Origin: Lama glama
Lineage: Eukaryota
Length of the DNA: 64,000 nt
Direction: 5' to 3'
Assembly: GCA_028534125.1 (NCBI GenBank)
Contig: CM052832.1
Coordinates: 19,966,001-20,030,000, forward strand
In this document: positions 51,436-64,000 of the stretch, one piece after another
How positions within the stretch are numbered: position 1 is the first letter of the stretch
Layout of the letters: every line of letters starts with the position of its first letter
Position numbers and translations under genes: made by a program
Notes under the pieces: model-generated
Told to the model about the DNA's origin: nothing
Database searches by the model: none
The model's input: the letters and a program-made list of their open reading frames with translations, nothing else

Positions 51436-52741
51436 CTAAGAGTAGGGGAAGGAATACTATTTAACACACTGCCACTTCAGAAATCATTGATCTCTGTAAT
51501 AGGAGTGTATCATGAAAGTCTGCCTGAAACCATCTCATAAACAAACTTGTCCGTCTTTGGCTTCCTCTTGTCCTCTCTTCTTTACTTCTAGTGTATGTTG
51601 TGTTTCCATCTGCTAGACCCACAGACAACCACTGAGTCTGGTGTTACTTCCTCATAGTAAATAGCAGCATGGAATCCCTTTTAAGGTGAAGCCTTCTCTG
51701 CAATGTCACATTTCCAGAGAAAAGGTTATCTTATCTGGTCTGGAGGGACAGCAATCTGAACAAATGAAAGGTTTTCATATAGTATAAGGGAGATTTCATG
51801 AAATAACGTTATCTTGGCAAGCAGAAGCTCCAGCTAGGCTATGGGCAGGATGAATAAATAACATGAAATTATTCTCCCTAAAGGGCTAATTTATATTAGG
51901 TAAAATTAGATCAGACCTAGTTCCTTCTTTCCAAACAGCTTACACTTTCATCTCTGTTTCAACTTTACTTACCCCAAATGCAAATCAGGTCAAATCAAAA
52001 CATTTGCTTTTCGGAAGCCAGCAACATATGTCAGTTCATGGCTTCTGTGTACACTAGCATGGATTCAGTCTACCCAAGAACCTCAACATGCATTTTAAAT
52101 TCAGTGCCCTTTTGGTCTGTGATAGCCCCCAAAATTTGTCTTAATGAACTAAAATGAAGCAAAGTGATTTTTCCTCCAGGGAGACACCAATCAAGCTAGG
52201 AATATTGGTGATTTGGGCCACTCTTTTAAGTCCAGAGAGTACTCTGGTTTTGGCATTAGGCACTAATTCAGTTTGTTTGACTGTTAGAGTTGATCCTCCA
52301 GGCATAAAAGGATGTTTGGTCATCAAACAAACAGGATTACTGTATCTTGGATTTCTGCCACTGGAACCCATTAGCGAGGTGTATAGTGGGAGGAGGGAGC
52401 AGAGGTACAGAGAGGGAAAGTCAGGTTACTCTCCAAACACCCATTGCAGTGAAATAGACTTAAACTTACTAATAAACTTTGAATGCTAGCCCTCCCTTTT
52501 CTCCCCTCTCCATTAATTGGAAAGGGCCTTACAGATGTTCTATACAACTTCCCACCCAGCACAGAAAACTACTCTACAAAATATTTACGACAAATGCTTA
52601 TCACAGACTCAAATTAAAATATAAAAACAATCTTATATTGAGTAAAAATTTGCTTCTCAACATCTTTGACCTTTTGGAGATGGTTTGCCCACTGGAGCAA
52701 TGAAGGCCAATAAATCAAAGGCCAATTTCTTTTTGACATAC

Positions 52742-52860
52742 CTGGCAGGTGATGGAGGACAATAGTGACACCCTCTAAGTTCGCCTTTTCTAAGATTAAC
52801 ATGCACGGCTGTGTTATTTGCAGTTCCTTTGCGTGAACCAAATCACTTCATTTCACGTAT
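52742..52860 (-). other. Candidate 119-nt internal exon, early stops in all frames
   Basis: tctgtcccacag|ATACGTGAAATGA...CCTGCCAG|gtatgt. Confidence 0.3.
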
Positions 52861-52917
52861 CTGTGGGACAGACTGTATTTGGAAATCCACTGTCCTGGAG
52901 AGACACTCTCCAGCACT

Positions 52918-53030
52918 GTGATTTATGAGGTCACCAAGGGGGTTGTGGTAGGGCTTGAACCACACTTCCTGGTTTCAAAGGAAAGTGCTCCGACACCATT
53001 TCATGTTCTTTCTAACACACCCAACTGCCT
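52918..53030 (-). mobile_element. MIR fragment
   Basis: GTGATTTATGAGGTCACCAAG...GTGGTAGGGCTTGAACC...TGTTCTTTCTAACACACCCAACTGCCT. Confidence 0.5.
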
Positions 53031-55319
53031 TATTAAAGATAGCTCCTTCCCCAAACTATATCAGCCAAAACAGAAATGAAGACTTTTCTGTAACAGTGTC
53101 TGTGAAAGAAAAGAAAGTTACCAAAATAGATAAACAGTGAGTCAAATGCCGAAATCCCTGAAGCAGTTCCATTGCCCAGCACTTCACTCTCCTCTCTCTG
53201 GTCCCTCAGTATGTGTTAACTTTCATTTTAACACATCATTGATAGCAGTTGTACTCTGAAGCCCTCTTCACTTGCGATAATTATACCGTTTTCCAGATTT
53301 TAAATTAGAATCCATGCCAAGAGGTACCAAGCTATGGATGGACAGCATGTTTGTTGCTAGATGTGAATTTGTAGGAAGGGCAATGGCCAGGCTGTGTTGT
53401 TATATCATCAAATTTAATAATTAAAATTATTTTCCCCATGTGTACACACCATTTTCTTTATGGTTAATAATTATAATAATGCACTTAGGTACAGGAAAGG
53501 ATATTGTTAGATAATGCCTGAAACTGGAAATGGCCTCATCAACCACCCATGGTGAAGCATCGTTGTCCCGTTTCTGTGCAGTGTCAGAGAGCAGACAATG
53601 TTACTGGATGTTATTACTTAAGTGTTTTAATGTTTCATTGGATAAAGAAATTAAATTTCAGCTCTCTGAGAGAGCACTCTTTCATGAGTTGATGTGTCTG
53701 GGCAGGGATGGGTCGCCATGCTGAGGGGACCTGGGTACCTTGCTGGAAAAGGTGAGGACTTGCATTTAGAAGACATGCATTTTTCTTTTTTCCTGACATA
53801 CAGAGATGTTCCTAAGTCCATATCTTCTAAGGAAAGCAAAGCTGTTTCCTTATTTCACTGAGGACGAAGCTGTAACAAAGAACTTGTGGAGAATTTGTAA
53901 AGCTGCTGTTTTAATTTTGGTAGCCAAGAACTATCTTCCTTCACTGGAAGACAAAACATGAAGCATCTGACATGGCCACAAGTCATGAAGACACAGATGC
54001 TCTTGGCCCAGGGTGCATTTTGCTGATGCCAGACTTGTGACCAAGCATAAATTATTAAATTTATTTTCATTTTCAAAGTCCTTAGAACTCTGTCCTATTG
54101 GAAATTAGGCCCTATATATTTTTCCCAATTATGCTTCAAAAAATTAAAAATTATGCTACAAGAATTCCTTTTTACATATAGTAAACAAAGGCCGTGACAG
54201 AAAGCAAATTTTCCAGGACCATTGTCACCTGAATTAATTAAGCAGTGTCTGGAGTCAATACTGGAGTCCTTTTTGCAGTTAAAAATATAGTTTATGCCTG
54301 AACTTTTTAGACTAAAAGTTCAGATTGAGATATTTGAAGTTACATGTTGCCCTTAGAAAAATTCTAAGTGATGAATTTGGGCTAATAGCTGTTGTTTTCC
54401 TAAAGATGTGTCAAATGGCCCTGTAATCATTTTTCTGATCCTGCTACTGTACAGTTGATTTTTTTGCTAATTAGTTTGAGCCTAGGTTTTAGTCAGATGT
54501 AAGCTTAGAAATGTTCCATTGCTAACCATGTTTACTCAGCCTCAAGGAGCTCAGAGAAGATAAATCTTAAAACATGCACTGCTGGAGGGCCATCTTTTGC
54601 TACATTTTGCAGCCTGTAATTTTATAAAGATATTCTGAGGATTCAATGGAGAAGAGAAGCAAACACCATATAGCAAATTATTTTCTTGCTATTTTGTACA
54701 ATTTTACTATTTCAAAGTCTCCATAAAAAAGGGATGAATTTTAATTTTGCTTCTTTCATTCTCATATTTTGGACAGCCACACTTGAATGGGGAGATGCAG
54801 GGATCATTTCATGATTAGTGAAACGATCTCACTCTTTTCTTAGTTCATAAAAATGCATACTTCTTTTTTATTGACAAAAAAATTTCTTTTATAGTTAAGA
54901 AAGCCAGAGATCCTAACTCAATGGATAGTAAATGTTGACTGACTACACCTAGTCCTTCTAAGGGTATGAACCAACAGTACTGACATTTCTTATGAGAACT
55001 GATTTAAAAAGTCATGCCATGGTTGGTTTTGTTCTTTGTTTTTAGTCCCTATTGATAATTGAATTGCCATATATAAAAATTTGATTTGCCACCTAGTATA
55101 GTGTTTTGATCTTGAAAGGCATTCAGTGTAGCACATTTGATCAAAACCATCTGTGGTAGAGACGGTCAGTGAATTCCCTGTTTTGGTCCCTTCCTCCTTA
55201 CTGGGCACAGTTAGTAACCCTTCTTTTTGAACTGGATGGAAAGACTGGATGATATTTGTGTTAGCTCCTTGGAGGGAAGTCAGTATATTACGTATATAGA
55301 AAGATAATACACTTAATGG

Positions 55320-55630
55320 GTGGTGTGACCAGACAGGATGATTTGGCAGAGACTGGCTAGGATAGGGTCCGGCAGGCCCTTATGACTAGTTTTAGCCAAA
55401 TAAGGGGAACCAAAAATGACATGTCATTTTGATCCAAGGGGATTAATAGCTGGTGTGGCATCTGTACAGTTTGCTTGCACAGTCATATCCATGCTGAAGG
55501 ATGCATGTTGGATCAAAGCCTGAAATGGATAAAAGCCCCTGCCAAAAACATCAGATTCATGTAAACCAGAAATAAACTTTCGGTGCGATAAGTGACTACT
55601 GAGATTTAATTGTTATCCAGACTAATGTAT
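55320..55630 (+). mobile_element. Old MaLR (MLT1-like) LTR, decayed
   Basis: TATGACTAGTTTTAGCCAA...AGAAATAAACTTT...ACTGAGATTT..TTGTTA..CAGACTAAT. Confidence 0.45.
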
Positions 55631-56209
55631 CACCACTAAATCACACTAGGGTCCGACTTCTCAGTCTTGTAAACATGAACTGAGCCCTGAAATCTCAGAT
55701 GTGTTCTAGTTTATTTCTACATCTTCTCTTTGGAGTGAATGAAGTGAACTAATGTTCCAGCTATCTTTCCTGTGTGCATAAGCAGTGATCAATCTAAGTA
55801 AGTTTCATTAGCATTTTTTAAGTATTAGATGAATTCTAAGGTACCTTTAAATAGTAGGCTTTTATAATGTTTTGGATGTAATTTAATTAATTTCCACCAA
55901 GATTAGTTGTTGAGATTTAAAGAGTATCTTAAAAATGACTAGATAGAAATTTGAAAAAAATTGACATTTTATTCATAGCTTTCTTTGAGAAGACTATTAA
56001 TACAGAAACAAATGTTTTGAATACAAAAAAATAAACAATACAGTGAAACTGGTTCTAAACTTTGGATACTGGTCTAAGGATGAATTTATTGTCACTTTTT
56101 TGTTGATGCAGTTATTTGGAAATAAACTGAAAAAATGAGATTGAATAAAGACAATGATGGCAATAATTAAAATTTTATTCCTTGACTATAAATAAAGATT
56201 AGCTGATAC

Positions 56210-56450
56210 TTATTTATTTATACATCAATATTTATTGAATTAATTATAGTCACTCACAATGTTATGTGCTGGAAATACAGTTGAGTAAGATCTATGCCCT
56301 CAAAGAATTCTCGGTTACTATGGAAAACAGATTAGAAATACACATAGTTACAATACAAGCTGAAAAGGAATGCTGTAACTTGAGTACATTCAATAAGCCA
56401 GGGGATTATGGATATGAGAAGGTTTTCATAGTAGTGGTGTGCACTTTGAG
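56210..56450 (-). mobile_element. L2 3' end
   Basis: AATATTTATTGAAT...TGTGCTGGAAATACAG..GAGTAAGA...TGCCCTCAAAGAATTCTC. Confidence 0.7.
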
Positions 56451-57524
56451 CGTGTAAGAGATATATAAAAAAGATCAATGTACATTAGAATTTCTTTCCC
56501 CTCAAAGTAATTAAAATAACCAAAGTAAATACTTTTACATAAACTAGACAAATAAAGGAAAGGTTAAGATTATAGAGAGAAAATACCAGACCGACATGCA
56601 ACTTGATAAAATAATGTAGGAATATAGGAGCATTCTTATAAAATCATTTACTTGAAAATATGTCAGGAAACACAAGATCATCTTTCACAGACAATGCATA
56701 AGAAAAAGATAAATTACATATAGAGGCTGTCTATTGATTATAGACACGTGGTTCTTTATCTGTAAGCAAATATGGAAAGTCATTTTTTTTCATAGGTTCA
56801 CTCCCCAAAGCTCTAAAAGTCTGAATAATACTCTACATTTCTCCCTTTAATGAAAAATTTAATTTTAACTCTGAAAAGCTAGACAGTAAGTGGAATGTTT
56901 CCATCTAAAATTTCTTCTAAGGACTCCAGGCATGAGAAATAAAGGAAGGGAAAGGGATTAAAAATGTATTCCAGTAATAACTGAAAAGGTTAAGGAGAGG
57001 GAAGGGAGGAGAGGAATGAGAACATTTCCCTGGATGTTTTAAGGACAGATGATGGAGCAGTGGTCACATTAGGGCAGCTTTGAGTTGACCTCAGAAGCTA
57101 ACGCATTGTAGAAATAGGTACTTAGTTTATTTACAAATGCTAAATTTGGCAAATGTATTTTGTAGGTAAGAAAACTAGAAAAATGCATACCACGTAGACT
57201 GCATTCCTTTGCACTCTGCTGATAAATAATCTCAAGGATGGCTTCACCATTGTTAGTCAGTGAGGACAGAATGTCAAGAAAGAAAAAGGAACAGCTTCAT
57301 AATGAGGAATGGATGTAACTATAGCTATTATCTCAGAGAAAATGAGGCCAAACAAGTTGAAAGAATGAAAATATGATCAAGGATCAATTTAAAATACATT
57401 CTTATCTCGCTGTAAATACCACACGATATATCTCTGAAAAATTGTAATCACACATTAAACAGGCCTGTGTAATTTTTTAAATAGCCCTAATCCACTGCTG
57501 ACCTCAAAATGCTCAAAACAGAGA

Positions 57525-57680
57525 TTCAAATTTGCCTCACTTAATCCTTGTACACAGGTAGATGTTAATTTTTATGTCCTGTTTTTCTTATCAATGAAAT
57601 GAGAATGATAAGCCACTAGTCCACTTTATAGTCTTAATAGTTGACAAAACTGGAATTCCAATTCAGATGCTTTCCATGTT
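57525..57680 (-). mobile_element. MIR fragment
   Basis: CTCACTTAATCCTT...AGGTAGATG...GACAAAACTGGAATTCCAATTCAG. Confidence 0.45.
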
Positions 57681-59424
57681 ACTGGGTTACTTTTCAAACA
57701 ATTTCCTCTTATTGTAGCAGACTTAACACAATCGTTTTCAGTTTCCTAATCCTCTTCCAACACTTCAGATTGAAATAAATTTCAATTTAGTAAAAATGTG
57801 TTGTCAAAAAGTGTATATTCAAGAAAAAGTTAAGCTGTTACAATATCAAATATGATTATAGACTCCCACCTCCATTCTGCTTCCACAGTAGAAATTGTTT
57901 TGATATCCTCACTCAATAAATCTGCCCCTTGTTTACAGGGGATAAAAGTGCATAAGAAATTCACCCATGAATTACCTTGTATATAGAAGAGTTTAGAAAA
58001 CTTTCTGGTTGAGAGCCAGTAGTCTTCTCCGCCAGATAAATCCAAAGTGTCATTATTTACAAAACAGATTTCAGAGAGGGCAAGTGGACAGAGTAAAAAG
58101 ATATCAGGACCTAAGTCTGTGTGACTAAACTGGTCTGGATTTGCTTCTTTTGATCATCTGACTTGCCATGTTTCATTGGCACCATGAAGCCCAACCCAAT
58201 CAAACAACAGCCACCCTGTTAAGAAAAAGTGAATGAGGTGGTCCCGATAAGCTGGAAGAGTCTTGTGTCTGAGTCAACTACAGAGTGTATTTCTGGAAGA
58301 CATGGTTACTCAGGTCTTAATGACATTGAGGACATTGCCAAAATCTACTAATTATCCTGAAAGCGTTTAGTTCTCTTAGGCTGTATCCTCACGTCATAAC
58401 ATGCTTCATAGAGTACTGTCTTGTATTTATAGAGTGCTTTTGTTGGATTTTTATTAGCCATTTGTCACGAGAGTTCTATAAGCTATGTCAGCATCATCTT
58501 TCTATTTTTACAAGGCAGGGAGGCAACAGAGACATGGATGCATTTGGAGCTCCGATTCCTTGCTGGCCTGTTACAGTACAATGTCATTGTGATGGAGTGG
58601 GAGTGGGGGTCATGCTGAGCCCTGCTCCAATGTGCTTACAGCCATTCTCCTGGATTACATATCCGTGCTCAGGGCAAATGAACACATGTAACAAGGTGTT
58701 CGAACAAGGTTTGGTGAGGCCATTCTTTTGCTTCAAGTCAGTTAGAAAGTTAAATGACAAAATCTCCTCGTAGATGAGATTCAGAATTGATCTCAGACTT
58801 CCCGAGATGGTCTTTAAGTCTTCTTAAAGTTAGTGGAGAAAAATAAGTGGAGAAGGTTCCTGTGGGTCTGGAAGGCATTAGTGGTAAATCCTGAGTATAC
58901 AGCTCATCTACACCACTTTCCCTTAATGAACATCTAATCCAGAAATACAACACAGTCCCTCATGTCAGGGCTGCACATCTGCTATCCCCATCCCAGCAGG
59001 GTTTCCGGTATTTTTGGAGGAAGACTTAAAGTCTCTGTAATATCCATTATGCCCTTGAAATCATGCATGGGCATTTGGAACAAACACAGCCTACTGACTT
59101 GGCTGAAGTGAAAACCTATCTGGACTTTTAGCTCTCCCTAAAATACTTCAAAACAAATCTAAAAAATACATAAGTCAATAGATATACACTTCTCTTCTTA
59201 TTGTCAATAAAACTTTATTGAGCTTAATTATAGTGAAGGCACTCAGGTAAGAATAGTGAGAGTATAAAGAGTTTGAGGTGAGCAAGGCATCTTTATTATA
59301 AGGGAAATCCCAGTAGGCAAAGAAGATATATGAACACATAGTCTAAAATTACTTAAATACACAACAATATCTCTATAAGCATATAGGCGTTCCCTCCTTA
59401 TCAATTCTATAAAACTCTGAATTT

Positions 59425-59919
59425 CCATGACAGTCAAGAGGACCCCTAGCAAATTTCAGGTCCTGGTATTGATGCCTTTGTGGAATCCTCTTTCATACTA
59501 AATAAGGCCATTCTGATTAACTAATAAGATATTGCAGAAAGGATGAGGTGTGACCTCAAGCTAAACATGAGAGACGTTGAGGCTTCTGCCTTTCTTTCTT
59601 GTACCACACACTCCAGGATCTCCAACAGTCTCATGGGGAGGTCCACATGGGGAGGAGCGGAGGCCTCTTTCCACCAACAGGCATCAACTCACCAGGCGTG
59701 AGAGTGAGCCACTGGAAAGCACATCTTCAGCCCCTGTCAACTCTTTAGATGACCACAGTCCTAAATGACCTCTTAACTAAAACCTCATTTTAACTAAAAC
59801 CCTGAGTTTTTCCTGGATTCCTCTGGATACACAGAAACTGGGCAAAACAATGATAATAAACTGATGTAAATGTCTATGTCTTAGGGTAATTTATTATGCA
59901 ATAATAGGTAACTCATACA
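59425..59919 (+). mobile_element. MLT1F-like MaLR solo LTR
   Basis: CCTGGTATTGATGCCTTTGTGGAATCC...GAGGTCCACATGGGGAGGAGCGGAGGCC...CAGCCCCTGTCAA..CTTTAGATGAC...GGGTAATTTATTATGCAA..ATAAGGTAACTCATACA. Confidence 0.85.
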
Positions 59920-61019
59920 ATGTCCATAGAATAAATCAACATTATCCACACTACTTCAGTCAAGAAAAAGGCATGAGCTTTGAATTGCTATTCTGGGATT
60001 GGTGATAAATTTAGTCTAAATTCTCTCTTTGCTAGAAATCTTGTATAAATCCCCTCAATGCTAGGAATTCAAATAGATAAGATGGTCAGGCAGGATTTAG
60101 GATTTAGTCTACAGCCACACAGGGTAAAGTTGTCTGTCCTTTCAAATATTTGTCTGCTTTAATTGTGCTCTAAATGTTGGTGTGGTTTTTCAAAAGTAAT
60201 TTTTATTAATAGTTACATTGAAGCTTATGAAATTATTAAATTAGGGATAATTTTGTGTTATCTGCATAGCATAATTCTTATTCACATCCATTATGAGTGG
60301 GAGAATAAGGGAGAAGTTACTGCAAGTGTTTGAGAAAATGATCAGCACTCTCAGGTGTACCCTTGAGGAGTATGTGTGCTAGTAAATGTCATCATCCTAT
60401 GTGTCTCCATGGAAAAACAATTTGGAGTTAATCCACTCATAAAAACAGCAGATGAGTTATACCATTGAGTGTGTGTTTTGTGAGGCATCTTTGATAACTT
60501 CATAAAGGAGGGTGAGGCTTTCACATGAGTTTACATGAGACAGGGAGCAGGTTTGATTGCAAAACAACAAGAAAGGTTGCCTAGAAATCTCAGATAATCC
60601 ATCCAGTGCTCCAAAGTGGGATAGAGAGGCCGGCAGAGTGTGGGTAAGTTTGTCTTGCTAGAGCTAAGGATGTTCACATGCAAGTAAAATAAAATAAGTG
60701 ATGCAAAGCCTGGTAGAGCCAAGTGGAACTGAAGAAATTAAGCTGGAGGAGAGGGAAAGTGGAAACAGATGTGTGTCCACATGGTCTGATTTTATGTAAG
60801 AAGGGAAGGACACCAAGAGTTTGGGACAAGAGAGGGAGATCAGGGCTCAAAAAGCCATTAGCCCCTTCAAATCCAAAAAAGAGCAAATGTATGTGGGAGT
60901 CAAGCCATGATGACCTGGGGAAAGTAAGACAAAGAGACACACTAGCCTCCTTCCTACTCGAGAGCTATTCTTTCCTGATCCTGATCCTCGTATATTCACT
61001 GATTTCATCATTATCTCAT

Positions 61020-62770
61020 TCAATGTAAATTCATTTAATTAATAAGGATTAATAGAGTGTTTTCTATGTAGCCAATGCTTGCAGGGAACTCAGGATACAG
61101 CCAGCACCAAGAGACCTGTCCAATAGATCTTACTCCTCTAGTGATCACTCTGTCCTATCTTCAATCTCTACTTCACTATTAAGCCTTTAACTATAACTAA
61201 ACAGCTCCCAATAAAAATGTAAATATGTAGACATGAAATTCTTCCTTGACCCAACATTTCTGGGCAGCTATTGCTCAGTCAATTCTCCATCTCATGTGTT
61301 GAACAGGAGTAATGATACTCTCACCTCATTTAGTTACTCAGTTCTCAGCATTTAGGCTTTGTCTCCACCTATGCACTGGAGCCACACTGGACCACTTTAG
61401 GTCACTAATAAATTCCTTCTTAGTGCTCTGTGACATTGAGAACAGTTTTCCACAATCTCTTTCATTAGTCTCTATAACACCATCATCGCCTAATTCTCCT
61501 AATTCCTTGGTGCTCATCCAATGCTTGAGTTAGAATTCCGTTCTATGTCCTCTTTCATTTCCACTCCATGTAAGATGTGGTCTTAGCTAAACACATCCTC
61601 TTCAGCTACAATTCTGAATAATTAATCTTTTCTGAAAACATTCCCTGAATACCCACTATGATTCAAGCATGGTTCTAGATGCTGAGAGTCCAGAAACTAA
61701 TAAGCAAAGTCCTTGTCCTCATGGAATTTATGTCTAGTAGGGGAAGTCAGGAAATAAAGAATGTGTCAGGAAGCTAAATGTGCTATGATGAAGTGCTTCA
61801 TGACCTCAACTCTTCCTCACGTTTTTCTCTCTCTCATAAGCTTACACTCTATCTTTCCAACTCTACTACACAGCCCTCAGTGCTGGACTCAGTATAACCC
61901 AGACTGGATTCAGCATCAGTTTGCTTCTACTTACCATCCCCTTGGAAGTAGTCTGTCTTTAGTTCTCTTTCTCAATGAATTAAGTCGTCATCTGTCCGGC
62001 TGCTTGCATTTTTGGTATTGTCAGTGGTATTATTTTCTGAAGGAGCACTTGTTGCATCCTCTTTTGGATAGCAGAGAAAATCTTCCACAGTCTGTTGCCT
62101 GCCTCTTGTCCCTTACGTGTACCTTCTAGCTTAACCTTTCTTGCCCTCATCCCTTTGCTCAAGCTTCTCCTTTTGCTAATCAAGTCCTCTCCCACTCAAT
62201 CCCCTTTCCTTCTAGCTAACCCCAGTTTAGGCATTTCTCAAGACTTTGCTGACCCATTACCATCCTCTTGGAAGTGTTTACCATCTTCACCTTCCCACTT
62301 AAGATTGGCGCCCACAATATCTTTTTATGTTCCCTCAGCATTCAAGGACTTACCTTTTCATTGACTGCAAACACATTACAATTGACCCTTGAACAACTAT
62401 GGGGTAGGGTTAGGAGTATCAACCTTCTGTACAGTTGAAAATTCGAGTAAAACTTATCGTTGGCCTTCTATATTCAGGGTTCCTCTGTACCTGGGGTTTG
62501 GCATCCAAGGATTCAACCAACTGCAGATCGTGTAGTGCTGTAGTATTTACTACTCAAAAAAATACACATATAAGTGGACCTGCACATTCAATCCAATGTC
62601 ATTCAAGGATCGAGTGTATATGGTAAGTCATTACATTCCTTGTCTTTCTCCCACATTCAGTTGTAACTTCCTTAATGGCAAGGACTGTTTTCTTCATCCT
62701 TCCCCCTACTTGAGCACAGTGCCAATTACAGAGGAAGCTCAATAAGGAATGTGCAATAATGAATGGGTTC
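61020..62770. mobile_element. Cluster of L2 fragments: minus-strand tails at about 61030-61145 and 61635-61800; plus-strand body and 3' end to about 62770
   Basis: CAAGCATGGTTCTAGATGCTGAGA...AAAGTCCTTGTCCTCATGGAATTTATGTCTAGTAGGG (minus); GTAACTTCCTTAATGGCAAGGACTG...GCACAGTGCC...GCTCAATAA...AATGAATG (plus). Confidence 0.7.
62379..62616. mobile_element. Tigger2a-type non-autonomous element (artiodactyl form)
   Basis: TIR CAATTGACCCTTGAACAAC ... TTCAAGGATCGAGTG with TA on both sides; internal GGATTCAACCAACTGCAGATCGTGTAGT and ATAAGTGGACC. Confidence 0.9.
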
Positions 62771-63872
62771 AGTGTGTTATTTAGTCACACAGCTGACATG
62801 CCAGTCACTGAGCTGTACCTATTCTATGCATACTTATATCCCGACTGACTTACAGAAATTATCCTATTGAACTAATTTCATATATTGTTATTCATGCACA
62901 GTCCTGTTCTCTTCCATGATTTTAAACTTGGTAAAGTGGTAACGTAGAGGGCTATCCTTTCCAACCCAGTTGCTGGGTAAGGTGTTTTTGCTTATTCCTC
63001 AATTTTACACAAGAGCAGAGTTGTGTAGATTCCATGCACAGTGATCTATTTTTGATCCCTTAGAAGCTTATGAGAATATTGTACATCATTCTTCAGCAAC
63101 CATACCTCTCCTTCACGTGCTGTGGTGTGAGCTTCTCTCATCTTGCTTGCCCAAACGAAGACAAAGTGACTATTGTTCACATTTTCTCTCTGAGACCATC
63201 TGTCATCTCCCACAATGTAATTTATACTCTTTGTATTTATGGGATAAAGAAAGAGGAGAGAGGTAAATTATACAATTTTATTTAGGAGAAATTACTCTTT
63301 AAAGTCTCCACTATTTACCCCATGCTCCACCATGATTTGCATGTCCAAATACATTTGGAGAATTTTTTGTGTGACTGTGATGTGACTCGTCTCATTAGCA
63401 GTTAAGCTGGACTTGGTCCATCAGAGGCTCTTCTTACAGACAATGGTTATGGTATCTGATGGAGACACAGGGACCCAGGTACTGTCAGCTATGGCTGAAA
63501 AGTGGATCTTGAATTGGCTTTATATTTCAGGGCATGAAATGGAGGGAAATTGTGGCACTTGGCAAGACTGAGTTTTGTTGAGATTTTTTTCCCCCTGCTG
63601 TGGGACAAAGAAAGCAGTGTTCTTTGGAAGCCTCATGAATGCTCACTCAAAGGCATGCTGCTGTGCGGCTATTTTGTAAATGCAGATAAATGGGGGATGA
63701 TTATATTCCAAGGTAGCTGGAGGCTACCTGGACTCCTGACCAACCTGCTCCAACTTGGGAAGAATGATTAACCTGCCATATGCCACTACATGGGAAAAAA
63801 TGGTAGAGGCGATGGCAGTGAACCAAGTCATAAAATAAGCCAAATAATAATGTGAAAACTCACTACCACTTA

Positions 63873-64000
63873 TTCATTATTTGCTCATTCATCAAGTATT
63901 TTTTGAATACTTCATGCCGAGCACTGTTCCAGGTGTAAGGAATGAACTGGTATACAAAGCTAAAAAAAAAAAAAAAACTGCCTTCATGATTCAAGTTGGG
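63873..64000 (-). mobile_element. L2 3' end
   Basis: TCATTCATCAAGTATTTTTTGAATACTT.ATGCCGAGCACTGTTCCAGGTG. Confidence 0.7.

Noticed and set aside
55413..55430. Perfect 18-bp palindrome AAAATGACATGTCATTTT
   Set aside because: One such palindrome is plausible by chance in 64 kb of AT-rich DNA, and it lies in a decayed LTR.
58750..58953. Protein-like minus-strand ORF (ELYTQDLPLMPSRPTG...)
   Set aside because: No convincing splice acceptor or homology; short enough to be chance.

Overview
This is AT-rich, CpG-poor mammalian genomic DNA, most likely from a camelid (camel, alpaca or llama): it carries a Vic-1-type tRNA-derived SINE and several young L1 3' ends of the camelid type. Much of the window is decayed interspersed repeat (MIR, L2, L3/CR1, old L1M, MaLR and ERVL LTRs, hAT and Tigger DNA transposons). 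No intact host protein-coding gene was recognised, and the only ORF-track entries with clear homology are broken L1 ORF2 fragments at 24.0-24.7 kb. A repeat-poor block at about 47-53 kb looks like the 3' end of an unidentified minus-strand transcript (terminal exon, 3' UTR and candidate small exons). The best-supported unusual structures are an L1-mediated 3' transduction at 38.2-38.6 kb and an unassigned palindromic insertion inside an L2 at 6.2-6.4 kb. I found no evidence for a CRISPR array, an RNA gene or a new multi-gene system. Repeat family names come from my recollection of consensus sequences, not from a search, and boundaries of old repeats are approximate.
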